From Eledone cirrhosa (taxonomy: Eukaryota): a stretch of 64,000 nt of DNA. The notes beneath the pieces were generated by a model that was not told where the DNA came from, did no database searches, and saw nothing but the letters and a program-made list of their open reading frames with translations. This document shows, one piece after another, positions 40,985 to 57,413 of the stretch. The position numbers and the translations under genes are program-made. The stretch's first letter is position 1. Every line of letters starts with the position of its first letter. Location: NCBI GenBank assembly GCA_964016885.1, contig OZ024758.1, forward strand, positions 25,668,001 through 25,732,000, read 5' to 3'.

Positions 40985-41330
40985 GCCAGGCCACCAAAGA
41001 CCTTCCCCCTTCCCCTTACAACCTCAAACTACAGATTTCTGATATAGACATGAAGGCTAAGAATATTAGTAAAAAGACAATGGAAAAGTGTGGTAGTCAT
41101 ACATTTGAAATAAAGCTGATTCTAGACCCTCACTTCAGCATCAGAATAATAAAATATTTCTTTCTTTCAACTAGACACAAGTATATTTTTATATTTTTAT
41201 AGAGACAAATATAGACAATTTTGTAGATACTTTACATACTTTCACAGCATTAGAAAAGTAAAAAGCAAAATCAACAAAGTCATGATCTGAACACAAACAA
41301 AACTAAATATGTGAATGAATTTAGTCTGAT

Positions 41331-41745
41331 ATGCAGATCAGAGAGTCACTTCAGGTAAAGCCACTACTTCTCCAAATTGAGAGATCACAACTCCGATTCT
41401 ATGGCCATGTAGTTAGAATGTCTCAGGAAAGAATTGCTGGACTGATTTTACAGGCAAAACCAACCGGTAGGAGACCCAAAGGTAGACCCAAAGCAAGATG
41501 GTTGGATAACATCCATGAGCTTGGCTGATCTAGCTTGGTGATCCAGCCGGATCAGTTGGAGACTGTTGTTTCTGACAGGACCCACTGGAAGGAGTGTTTG
41601 AGGACTCTGCCCCCCCGTTGGAGGGAGTGTTTGAGGACTCTGCCTCCCGTTGGAGGGAGTGTTTGAGGACTCTGCCTCCCGTTGGAGGGAGTGTTTGAGG
41701 ACTCTGCCCCAACAACCCTCTCAGGTATAAGTGGGTGAAGAAGAA
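41331..41745 (+). mobile_element. RTE-like LINE 3' fragment with a short tandem repeat in its tail
   Basis: IERSQLRFYGHVVRM...GRRPKGRPKARW. GGAGTGTTTGAGGACTCTGCC occurs four times. Confidence 0.7.
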
Positions 41746-41931
41746 GATATATATACACTGTAAATGTGGTTGGTGTTAGGAAGGGCATCCAGCTGTAAAA
41801 ACTTCAGCCATATTTACAGTACTATTGGAGTAAGGTACAGTGTGGTTAATTGTGGCCAGACTTGTCTCTCAACATGGACAACCTGTCTAAACCATGCAAG
41901 CATGGAAAATGGATGTTAAACAGTGATGATG

Positions 41932-42054
<123 letters not shown>

Positions 42055-42464
42055 ACCATGAAAAACATGGGCGGAGATGGTGAGAACAGACCTCAGATCG
42101 CTGAAGCTAACGGTGGAGATGATGAAGGACCGTGACGAGTGGAGAGATGCTGTGCTGAATAAGACCCGTCCCACCCTTGCAAGCAGGGAAGAGCGGACGT
42201 AAAATGATGATGATGATATATATATATATATACACATATATATATATATGAGAGACATGTATGGTAATGTTGTTATATCAGTTTATATATACACATTGAT
42301 GCTCATATATATGTGTATATATATAAATGTAATCATATGTGTATATATATAAATGTAATCTGAGTTTTTCGAATGTTAATAATAACATTCGATTCGTTTG
42401 CAATTATGCAAACAAGCCTTAATTTTATAGTCATGTCAGTAGAAATTTTCTTTTTTTATTCCTT

Positions 42465-43680
<1,216 letters not shown>

Positions 43681-43721
43681 GTTTAGCGAGGTTTTTTATA
43701 TGAAATCGTGTGTCGAAACAA

Positions 43722-44134
43722 ATATTGTTATACTTGGGGAGGGTCATATTTGTGTAATATTGCCAGAATTAATAACAGAACACACTCACTGTTTGGTTGG
43801 TTTTCGCTTCTCGCTGTCTTTTATATCTGCGATCTAACTTACTCGGTCCTCAATGTTGCCATTGACTGACCGACGGTCAAAAATAATACAGATACAATAT
43901 AGACACAAACACATATATATAGTTTACATAATTTACCTAAATCTTTCATTGCACATCTGCAACATCGTCAGTGGTGTTATATTTTTTTTCCTCCTGTTGT
44001 GTTGTATGTCTACACCATTTTTTATGCAGATATAAAAGACAGCGAGAAGCGAAAACCAACCAAACAGTGAGTGTGTTCTGTTATTAATTCTGGCAATATT
44101 ACACAAATATGACCCTCCCCAAGTATAACAATAT
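43722..44134. mobile_element. Fold-back element with ~108-bp near-perfect inverted arms
   Basis: 43722-43830 is the reverse complement of 44027-44134. Embedded in (TA)n. Confidence 0.8.
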
Positions 44135-44200
44135 ATATTTATTTATATATATATATATAAATATAAATATATATATATATATTTATTTATATTTATTTAT

Positions 44201-44265
<65 letters not shown>

Positions 44266-44428
44266 TAAATAAATATATATATATTTATATATATATATAT
44301 ATATATATATAAATATAAATAAATATATATATATATTTATATATATATATATATATATAAATATAAATAAATATATATATATTTATATATATATATATAT
44401 ATATATAAATATAAATAAATATATATAT

Positions 44429-47400
44429 GAGTATAGACATAGAATATTCGAAAATATTCTGTATGTTTATAATAAACATTTTGAAGACCTAATCGCTATA
44501 GAATAGAATACGTCACGTATTACAATTAGATTCTCGATAAAAGCAAGGGAAGTAATCTACGCGTTTCATTCTTGTTAGAATTCATCAGGACTACATATCC
44601 AGTGCTTTTATCGAGAATGACACAGCTAGAGACTTATAGAATACTTAGCTGTGTACTGGAACTGGTTTGAAAGAGCGGTTGCCGGTCCGGCAGAAATTAG
44701 AAATTGGAATAAATGCTCTGAAATAGCGATATATATGTGAGTATAGACATAGAATATTCGAAAATATTCTGTATGTTTATAATAAACATTTTGAAGACCT
44801 AATCGCTATAGAATAGAATACGTCACGTATTACAATTAGATTCTCGATAAAAGCAAGGGAAGTAATCTACGCGTTTCATTCTTGTTAGAATTCATCAGGA
44901 CTACATATCCAGTGCTTTTATCGAGAATGACACAGCTAGAGACTTATAGAATACTTAGCTGTGTACTGGAACTGGTTTGAAAGAGCGGTTGCCGGTCCGG
45001 CAGAAATTAGAAATTGGAATAAATGCTCTGAAATAGCGATATATATGTGAGTATAGACATAGAATATTCGAAAATATTCTGTATGTTTATAATAAACATT
45101 TTGAAGACCTAATCGCTATAGAATAGAATACGTCACGTATTACAATTAGATTCTCGATAAAAGCAAGGGAAGTAATCTACGCGTTTCATTCTTGTTAGAA
45201 TTCATCAGGACTACATATCCAGTGCTTTTATCGAGAATGACACAGCTAGAGACTTATAGAATACTTAGCTGTGTACTGGAACTGGTTTGAAAGAGCGGTT
45301 GCCGGTCCGGCAGAAATTAGAAATTGGAATAAATGCTCTGAAATAGCGATATATATGTGAGTATAGACATAGAATATTCGAAAATATTCTGTATGTTTAT
45401 AATAAACATTTTGAAGACCTAATCGCTATAGAATAGAATACGTCACGTATTACAATTAGATTCTCGATAAAAGCAAGGGAAGTAATCTACGCGTTTCATT
45501 CTTGTTAGAATTCATCAGGACTACATATCCAGTGCTTTTATCGAGAATGACACAGCTAGAGACTTATAGAATACTTAGCTGTGTACTGGAACTGGTTTGA
45601 AAGAGCGGTTGCCGGTCCGGCAGAAATTAGAAATTGGAATAAATGCTCTGAAATAGCGATATATATGTGAGTATAGACATAGAATATTCGAAAATATTCT
45701 GTATGTTTATAATAAACATTTTGAAGACCTAATCGCTATAGAATAGAATACGTCACGTATTACAATTAGATTCTCGATAAAAGCAAGGGAAGTAATCTAC
45801 GCGTTTCATTCTTGTTAGAATTCATCAGGACTACATATCCAGTGCTTTTATCGAGAATGACACAGCTAGAGACTTATAGAATACTTAGCTGTGTACTGGA
45901 ACTGGTTTGAAAGAGCGGTTGCCGGTCCGGCAGAAATTAGAAATTGGAATAAATGCTCTGAAATAGCGATATATATGTGAGTATAGACATAGAATATTCG
46001 AAAATATTCTGTATGTTTATAATAAACATTTTGAAGACCTAATCGCTATAGAATAGAATACGTCACGTATTACAATTAGATTCTCGATAAAAGCAAGGGA
46101 AGTAATCTACGCGTTTCATTCTTGTTAGAATTCATCAGGACTACATATCCAGTGCTTTTATCGAGAATGACACAGCTAGAGACTTATAGAATACTTAGCT
46201 GTGTACTGGAACTGGTTTGAAAGAGCGGTTGCCGGTCCGGCAGAAATTAGAAATTGGAATAAATGCTCTGAAATAGCGATATATATGTGAGTATAGACAT
46301 AGAATATTCGAAAATATTCTGTATGTTTATAATAAACATTTTGAAGACCTAATCGCTATAGAATAGAATACGTCACGTATTACAATTAGATTCTCGATAA
46401 AAGCAAGGGAAGTAATCTACGCGTTTCATTCTTGTTAGAATTCATCAGGACTACATATCCAGTGCTTTTATCGAGAATGACACAGCTAGAGACTTATAGA
46501 ATACTTAGCTGTGTACTGGAACTGGTTTGAAAGAGCGGTTGCCGGTCCGGCAGAAATTAGAAATTGGAATAAATGCTCTGAAATAGCGATATATATGTGA
46601 GTATAGACATAGAATATTCGAAAATATTCTGTATGTTTATAATAAACATTTTGAAGACCTAATCGCTATAGAATAGAATACGTCACGTATTACAATTAGA
46701 TTCTCGATAAAAGCAAGGGAAGTAATCTACGCGTTTCATTCTTGTTAGAATTCATCAGGACTACATATCCAGTGCTTTTATCGAGAATGACACAGCTAGA
46801 GACTTATAGAATACTTAGCTGTGTACTGGAACTGGTTTGAAAGAGCGGTTGCCGGTCCGGCAGAAATTAGAAATTGGAATAAATGCTCTGAAATAGCGAT
46901 ATATATGTGAGTATAGACATAGAATATTCGAAAATATTCTGTATGTTTATAATAAACATTTTGAAGACCTAATCGCTATAGAATAGAATACGTCACGTAT
47001 TACAATTAGATTCTCGATAAAAGCAAGGGAAGTAATCTACGCGTTTCATTCTTGTTAGAATTCATCAGGACTACATATCCAGTGCTTTTATCGAGAATGA
47101 CACAGCTAGAGACTTATAGAATACTTAGCTGTGTACTGGAACTGGTTTGAAAGAGCGGTTGCCGGTCCGGCAGAAATTAGAAATTGGAATAAATGCTCTG
47201 AAATAGCGATATATATGTGAGTATAGACATAGAATATTCGAAAATATTCTGTATGTTTATAATAAACATTTTGAAGACCTAATCGCTATAGAATAGAATA
47301 CGTCACGTATTACAATTAGATTCTCGATAAAAGCAAGGGAAGTAATCTACGCGTTTCATTCTTGTTAGAATTCATCAGGACTACATATCCAGTGCTTTTA

Positions 47401-49565
47401 TCGAGAATGACACAGCTAGAGACTTATAGAATACTTAGCTGTGTACTGGAACTGGTTTGAAAGAGCGGTTGCCGGTCCGGCAGAAATTAGAAATTGGAAT
47501 AAATGCTCTGAAATAGCGATATATATGTGAGTATAGACATAGAATATTCGAAAATATTCTGTATGTTTATAATAAACATTTTGAAGACCTAATCGCTATA
47601 GAATAGAATACGTCACGTATTACAATTAGATTCTCGATAAAAGCAAGGGAAGTAATCTACGCGTTTCATTCTTGTTAGAATTCATCAGGACTACATATCC
47701 AGTGCTTTTATCGAGAATGACACAGCTAGAGACTTATAGAATACTTAGCTGTGTACTGGAACTGGTTTGAAAGAGCGGTTGCCGGTCCGGCAGAAATTAG
47801 AAATTGGAATAAATGCTCTGAAATAGCGATATATATGTGAGTATAGACATAGAATATTCGAAAATATTCTGTATGTTTATAATAAACATTTTGAAGACCT
47901 AATCGCTATAGAATAGAATACGTCACGTATTACAATTAGATTCTCGACAGAATATTTTCGAATATTCTATGTCTATACTCACATATATATCGCTATTTCA
48001 GAGCATTTATTCCAATTTCTAATTTCTGCCGGACCGGCAACCGCTCTTTCAAACCAGTTCCAGTACACAGCTAAGTATTCTATAAGTCTCTAGCTGTGTC
48101 ATTCTCGATAAAAGCACTGGATATGTAGTCCTGATGAATTCTAACAAGAATGAAACGCGTAGATTACTTCCCTTGCTTTTATCGAGAATCTAATTGTAAT
48201 ACGTGACGTATTCTATTCTATAGCGATTAGGTCTTCAAAATGTTTATTATAAACATACAGAATATTTTCGAATATTCTATGTCTATACTCACATATATAT
48301 CGCTATTTCAGAGCATTTATTCCAATTTCTAATTTCTGCCGGACCGGCAACCGCTCTTTCAAACCAGTTCCAGTACACAGCTAAGTATTCTATAAGTCTC
48401 TAGCTGTGTCATTCTCGATAAAAGCACTGGATATGTAGTCCTGATGAATTCTAACAAGAATGAAACGCGTAGATTACTTCCCTTGCTTTTATCGAGAATC
48501 TAATTGTAATACGTGACGTATTCTATTCTATAGCGATTAGGTCTTCAAAATGTTTATTATAAACATACAGAATATTTTCGAATATTCTATGTCTATACTC
48601 ACATATATATCGCTATTTCAGAGCATTTATTCCAATTTCTAATTTCTGCCGGACCGGCAACCGCTCTTTCAAACCAGTTCCAGTACACAGCTAAGTATTC
48701 TATAAGTCTCTAGCTGTGTCATTCTCGATAAAAGCACTGGATATGTAGTCCTGATGAATTCTAACAAGAATGAAACGCGTAGATTACTTCCCTTGCTTTT
48801 ATCGAGAATCTAATTGTAATACGTGACGTATTCTATTCTATAGCGATTAGGTCTTCAAAATGTTTATTATAAACATACAGAATATTTTCGAATATTCTAT
48901 GTCTATACTCACATATATATCGCTATTTCAGAGCATTTATTCCAATTTCTAATTTCTGCCGGACCGGCAACCGCTCTTTCAAACCAGTTCCAGTACACAG
49001 CTAAGTATTCTATAAGTCTCTAGCTGTGTCATTCTCGATAAAAGCACTGGATATGTAGTCCTGATGAATTCTAACAAGAATGAAACGCGTAGATTACTTC
49101 CCTTGCTTTTATCGAGAATCTAATTGTAATACGTGACGTATTCTATTCTATAGCGATTAGGTCTTCAAAATGTTTATTATAAACATACAGAATATTTTCG
49201 AATATTCTATGTCTATACTCACATATATATCGCTATTTCAGAGCATTTATTCCAATTTCTAATTTCTGCCGGACCGGCAACCGCTCTTTCAAACCAGTTC
49301 CAGTACACAGCTAAGTATTCTATAAGTCTCTAGCTGTGTCATTCTCGATAAAAGCACTGGATATGTAGTCCTGATGAATTCTAACAAGAATGAAACGCGT
49401 AGATTACTTCCCTTGCTTTTATCGAGAATCTAATTGTAATACGTGACGTATTCTATTCTATAGCGATTAGGTCTTCAAAATGTTTATTATAAACATACAG
49501 AATATTTTCGAATATTCTATGTCTATACTCACATATATATCGCTATTTCAGAGCATTTATTCCAA
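44429..49565. repeat. 310-bp tandem array, one hammerhead ribozyme per unit; 11 minus-strand plus 5 plus-strand copies around an inversion at ~47947
   Basis: GTATAGACAT at 44431+310n. TCATCAG at 44582+310n (n=0-10). CTGATGA at 48131, 48441, 48751, 49061 and 49371. Units appear identical by eye. Confidence 0.95.
48101..48189 (+). ncRNA. Type I hammerhead ribozyme of the 310-bp family (first plus-strand copy)
   Basis: ATTCTCGATAAAAGCA-ctggatat-GTAGTC-CTGATGA-ATTC TAACAA GAAT-GAAA-CGCG-TA^GATTAC-ttccct-TGCTTTTATCGAGAAT. Palindrome ACGCGT. Predicted cut after A48161. Confidence 0.92.
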
Positions 49566-49597
<32 letters not shown>

Positions 49598-49619
49598 ATA
49601 TATATATAAATATAAATAA

Positions 49620-49684
<65 letters not shown>

Positions 49685-49700
49685 TAAATAAATATATATA

Positions 49701-49734
<34 letters not shown>

Positions 49735-49760
49735 AATATAAATATATATATATTTATTTA

Positions 49761-49811
<51 letters not shown>

Positions 49812-49814
49812 TTA

Positions 49815-51319
49815 TACATACTTACATTTAAGTAAGTGCCATACTAAGAGTGAGAAATGAAATTTCGTTTTCATTTTTTTCAACTTATCGTTTTCGGTAT
49901 GCCTGACCGATTTAACTCACTCAATATGCAAATTAGGCTGCTCAGCCGTTAATTTTCATAAGGAAAGTATATACTTTCGAACGTTCAACTATCTGGCAGA
50001 TGGGTAAACGGTGCTGATGATAGCTAACAAGCTTGAAACTAGTACATCGTTCCTGTGTCAGTGTTGAACAAAAAGGTGACGTGGTTGCCTTAACACCGTA
50101 TGGCATAAATTCAGGCTGTTCGATTTGTTGACAAACAAACGAACAAAGCAGGCGTTATAATAAACGTCGGCTAAACTGATGCGTGCATATATGTATGTGT
50201 ACCTGTATGCATATGTGTATATATGTATATATATATATATATATATATGCATGCTACTGTACGTCTGTATACATATATGTATGTACGTATACATACATAC
50301 TTACATTTAAGTAAGTGCCATACTAAGAGTGAGAAATGAAATTTCGTTTTCATTTTTTTCAACTTATCGTTTTCGGTATGCCTGACCGATTTAACTCACT
50401 CAATATGCAAATTAGGCTGCTCAGCCGTTAATTTTCATAAGGAAAGTATATACTTTCGAACGTTCAACTATCTGGCAGATGGGTAAACGGTGCTGATGAT
50501 AGCTAACAAGCTTGAAACTAGTACATCGTTCCTGTGTCAGTGTTGAACAAAAAGGTGACGTGGTTGCCTTAACACCGTATGGCATAAATTCAGGCTGTTC
50601 GATTTGTTGACAAACAAACGAACAAAGCAGGCGTTATAATAAACGTCGGCTAAACTGATGCGTGCATATATGTATGTGTACCTGTATGCATATGTGTATA
50701 TATGTATATATATATATATATATATATGCATGCTACTGTACGTCTGTATACATATATGTATGTACGTATACATACATACTTACATTTAAGTAAGTGCCAT
50801 ACTAAGAGTGAGAAATGAAATTTCGTTTTCATTTTTTTCAACTTATCGTTTTCGGTATGCCTGACCGATTTAACTCACTCAATATGCAAATTAGGCTGCT
50901 CAGCCGTTAATTTTCATAAGGAAAGTATATACTTTCGAACGTTCAACTATCTGGCAGATGGGTAAACGGTGCTGATGATAGCTAACAAGCTTGAAACTAG
51001 TACATCGTTCCTGTGTCAGTGTTGAACAAAAAGGTGACGTGGTTGCCTTAACACCGTATGGCATAAATTCAGGCTGTTCGATTTGTTGACAAACAAACGA
51101 ACAAAGCAGGCGTTATAATAAACGTCGGCTAAACTGATGCGTGCATATATGTATGTGTACCTGTATGCATATGTGTATATATGTATATATATATATATAT
51201 GCATGCTACTGTACGTCTGTATACATATATGTATGTACGTATACATACATACTTACATTTAAGTAAGTGCCATACTAAGAGTGAGAAATGAAATTTCGTT
51301 TTCATTTTTTTCAACTTAT
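49815..51319 (+). repeat. Second ~479-bp HHR tandem array (sequence variant of 24787-26626), 3 HHRs
   Basis: CTGATGA at 50014, 50493 and 50972. Same ribozyme core; the downstream segment is array-specific. Confidence 0.9.
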
Positions 51320-51379
51320 ATATAAATAAATATATATATATTTATATATATATATATATAAATAAATATATATATATAT

Positions 51380-51885
51380 AAAATATTAAAAAAATAATGA
51401 ATAAAACAATGAAACAGTTCCTTATATTAAACAAAAAATGTTCATTATTTAACGATTGTTTCTAGGACATATATGTGTTAGAATTGGCATGCATATTCAA
51501 CAGATCTATGTACAAAATTATACAAACTATCAAATTTAATATACATTTCTGAAGACGGCATATATATGTGTTGGTATGTATATTAAATTTGATAGTTTGT
51601 ATAATTTTGTATAATTTTGTACATAGATCTGTTGAATATGCATGCCAATTCTAACACATATATGTCCTAGAAACGATCGTTAAATAATGAACTTTTTTTG
51701 TTTAATATAAGGAACTGTTTCATTGTTTTATTCATTATTTTTTTAATATTTTATCTTGCCTCTGTATTCCGTTTATCTTTCACCGAAGGTGATTTTTGAA
51801 TGCATCTCTTCTTTCCATGATATCCGGATTACATTGAGTTCTTCATACGGATTGGACACTACCGTAAACTCTTGGTAGATTTATC

Positions 51886-51890
<5 letters not shown>
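51380..51890 (+). mobile_element. Fold-back element with a 5'-clipped HHR-like motif and long stem II
   Basis: Arms at 51380-51546 and 51577-51752. CTGAAGA at 51549-51555; GAAA-CGATCG-TT at 51670-51681. Confidence 0.6.
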
Positions 51891-51939
<49 letters not shown>

Positions 51940-51949
51940 TATATATGTA

Positions 51950-51981
<32 letters not shown>

Positions 51982-51996
51982 AATATATATATATTA

Positions 51997-52858
51997 TTAG
52001 CAACGGAGGTGGGTGCTCAGAAAGTACAATAACTAGGGTAAGAACGGGATGGAAGAAGTTTAGGGAACTACTACCACTGCTAGCTGCAAAAGACTTCTCC
52101 CTCAGAATGAAAGGCAGACTGTATGATGCGTGTATCCGAACAGCGATGTTGCATGGTAGTGAGACCTGGGCGCTGAAGGTGGAAGACTTACGTAGATTAG
52201 AGAGAAACGAAGCCTGCATGCTCCGATGGATGTGTAACAGTAATATACGTGAACGACAAAGCATAAAGGAATTGAGAGAGAGACTGAGCATAAGAGGAAT
52301 CAAATGCTGCGTGCAGGAGAGGCGGTTACGCTGGTATGGACATGTGATGCGTATGAAGGATGACAGCTGCATAAAAAGGTGCAGAGCACTAGAAGTTGAT
52401 GGAAACCGCGGAGTGGGGAGACCCAACATGACTTGGGATGAGGTGATAAAAGCCGACCTTACCCAACTACACCTCTCAAAGTCAATGACACACGACCGTG
52501 ACTTCTGGCGTCACGCAGTAATACAGGGTACCCGACCTCCCATGGGTACATGCTGAAGCATATAAACAATATGCCCCCACTCCCCCCACCGCAAGGTGGT
52601 CGTGGAGGTGCCACGGCAAAAAAGCACCCAGCCCACACTGTAAAGTGGACGTGTAGGCGCCACGAAAAAGCACCCAGCACTCACTGTAAATGAGGTTGGT
52701 GTTAGGAAGGGCATCCAGCTGTAGAAATCAAGCCAGATCAGTTCCTGTATGAGCAAGGCATGGTCAGCCGACCAGACACTGCCCACAACAGGACAACCCG
52801 TCTAACCCATGCTAGCGTGGAAGAACGGACGTAAAACAGTGATGATGATGATGATGAT
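51997..52858 (+). mobile_element. RTE LINE 3' fragment (sister subfamily) with 3' UTR and (GAT)n tail
   Basis: [25 protein letters not shown]...[10 protein letters not shown]...[11 protein letters not shown]. Confidence 0.9.
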
Positions 52859-53009
52859 ATATATATATATAAATAAATATATATATATATATTTATTTAT
52901 ATATATATATATATAAATATAAATAAATATATATATATATATTTATTTTTATATATATATATATATTTATTTATATATATATATATATTTATTTATATAT
53001 ATATATATA

Positions 53010-53077
<68 letters not shown>

Positions 53078-53170
53078 TAAATAAATATATATATATATAT
53101 TTATTTTTATATATATATATATATATATTTATTTATATATATATATATTTATTTATATATATATATATAT

Positions 53171-53268
<98 letters not shown>

Positions 53269-53277
53269 ATAGAGAGA

Positions 53278-53330
53278 GAGATTCCTGATGATTTCTAATG
53301 AATGAAACAGTTCTAGTCCTGTAGAATCTC
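53278..53330 (+). ncRNA. Type I hammerhead ribozyme motif (solo, with a true helix III)
   Basis: GAGATTC-CTGATGA-T TTC TAAT GAA T-GAAA-CAG TTCTAGTC CTG-TA^GAATCTC. Perfect 7-bp helix I. Predicted cut after A53323. Confidence 0.8.
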
Positions 53331-53851
53331 ATCTATATTAAAACTTTTATACTCTGCTATGTATTGAGTACCTTACTTACTGTGGTTACCTCCGATTCAA
53401 CCCGGAATAACGTACATATATATATATATATATATATATACAAAGTAAAACCTACTACATTCAGTAGGCATCTCTAACAAAAGACACCCCCGTCCCACCA
53501 CCCCCACCCCATCCACACCGCCCCTTTCAATGTAAAGTTATGTTGGTGCCACAAAATCCAGGCCGAAACAAATGAGATCGTGTAGGTGTCACGACAAAAA
53601 AACACACAGTCCACGCTGTAATGTGACCGTGTAGGCAACAGGGTAAAAACCTCCCAGCCCCACACTGTAAATGTGGTTGGTGTTAGGAAGGGCATTCAAC
53701 TGTAGAAAACCCGCCAGACAGTCCTATGCGAGCAAGACAACCACTCTTGCCTCAAGTGGGAAAACTCCCGTCCAAACCCATGCGAGCGTGGAACATGGAC
53801 ATTAAACGATGATGATGATGATGATGATGATTTATATATATATATATATAT

Positions 53852-53891
<40 letters not shown>

Positions 53892-54594
53892 TTATATACA
53901 CATATATATTTATTTATATATATATATATTTATTTTTATATATATATATTTATTTTTATATATATATTTATTTTTATATATATATATATATATATTTTCA
54001 TATTTACACATATACTTTTCCATGCTGCCTGTCTGTTTCGTTCCTTGTATCTCTACCACTTCTAGCAGTCTCCTCTCTGTTACCCTCTCCTCAACTTTCA
54101 CTCACTCATTCTCTGTCACTACCTCTCCTCCTCCTCCTTCAAGTTTGACCTGTGTGTAATTCTTTTCTCGCGCAGTCTTGACTGAGCTGGTAATGAATTT
54201 TTTTTCTCTCTCTCTCTTTCGTCTGCGATTTCACAAAACTTGCGTTTACCGAATTCGTAGACCAGTTTTCTTTCTCTCTCTCTCTCTTCCCCCCCCCCCC
54301 CGTCGAACTTGGGCGAAATTCTTTCCTTGCTCACATTTCTACCAGGTTCGATGGTCTTTCGTCTCTTGTTCACGATTTCACAGAGTTTATATTCATAGAG
54401 ATCTGGGACTTGTCTATTTCTACTCACTTTCCGTTGCTATAACCCTTTTGTTGTTACTCTAATGTCCCCCTTTATTTACGTGTCCCAACGACTTTTTTTA
54501 GCCGTTGTTCGCACCAACCTGAGGCATATGGCCCTTAAAGCGATGAAATGCCGAGGACGGTTGGAGGGTCACTGATGAAGGACTCACTTTTTCA

Positions 54595-57413
<2,819 letters not shown>

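Noticed and set aside
54505-54594. HHR at CTGATGA 54572
   Set aside because: The sequence runs into (TA)n before any GAAA or helix III. A similar case, CTGATGG at ~34752, lacks a valid core.
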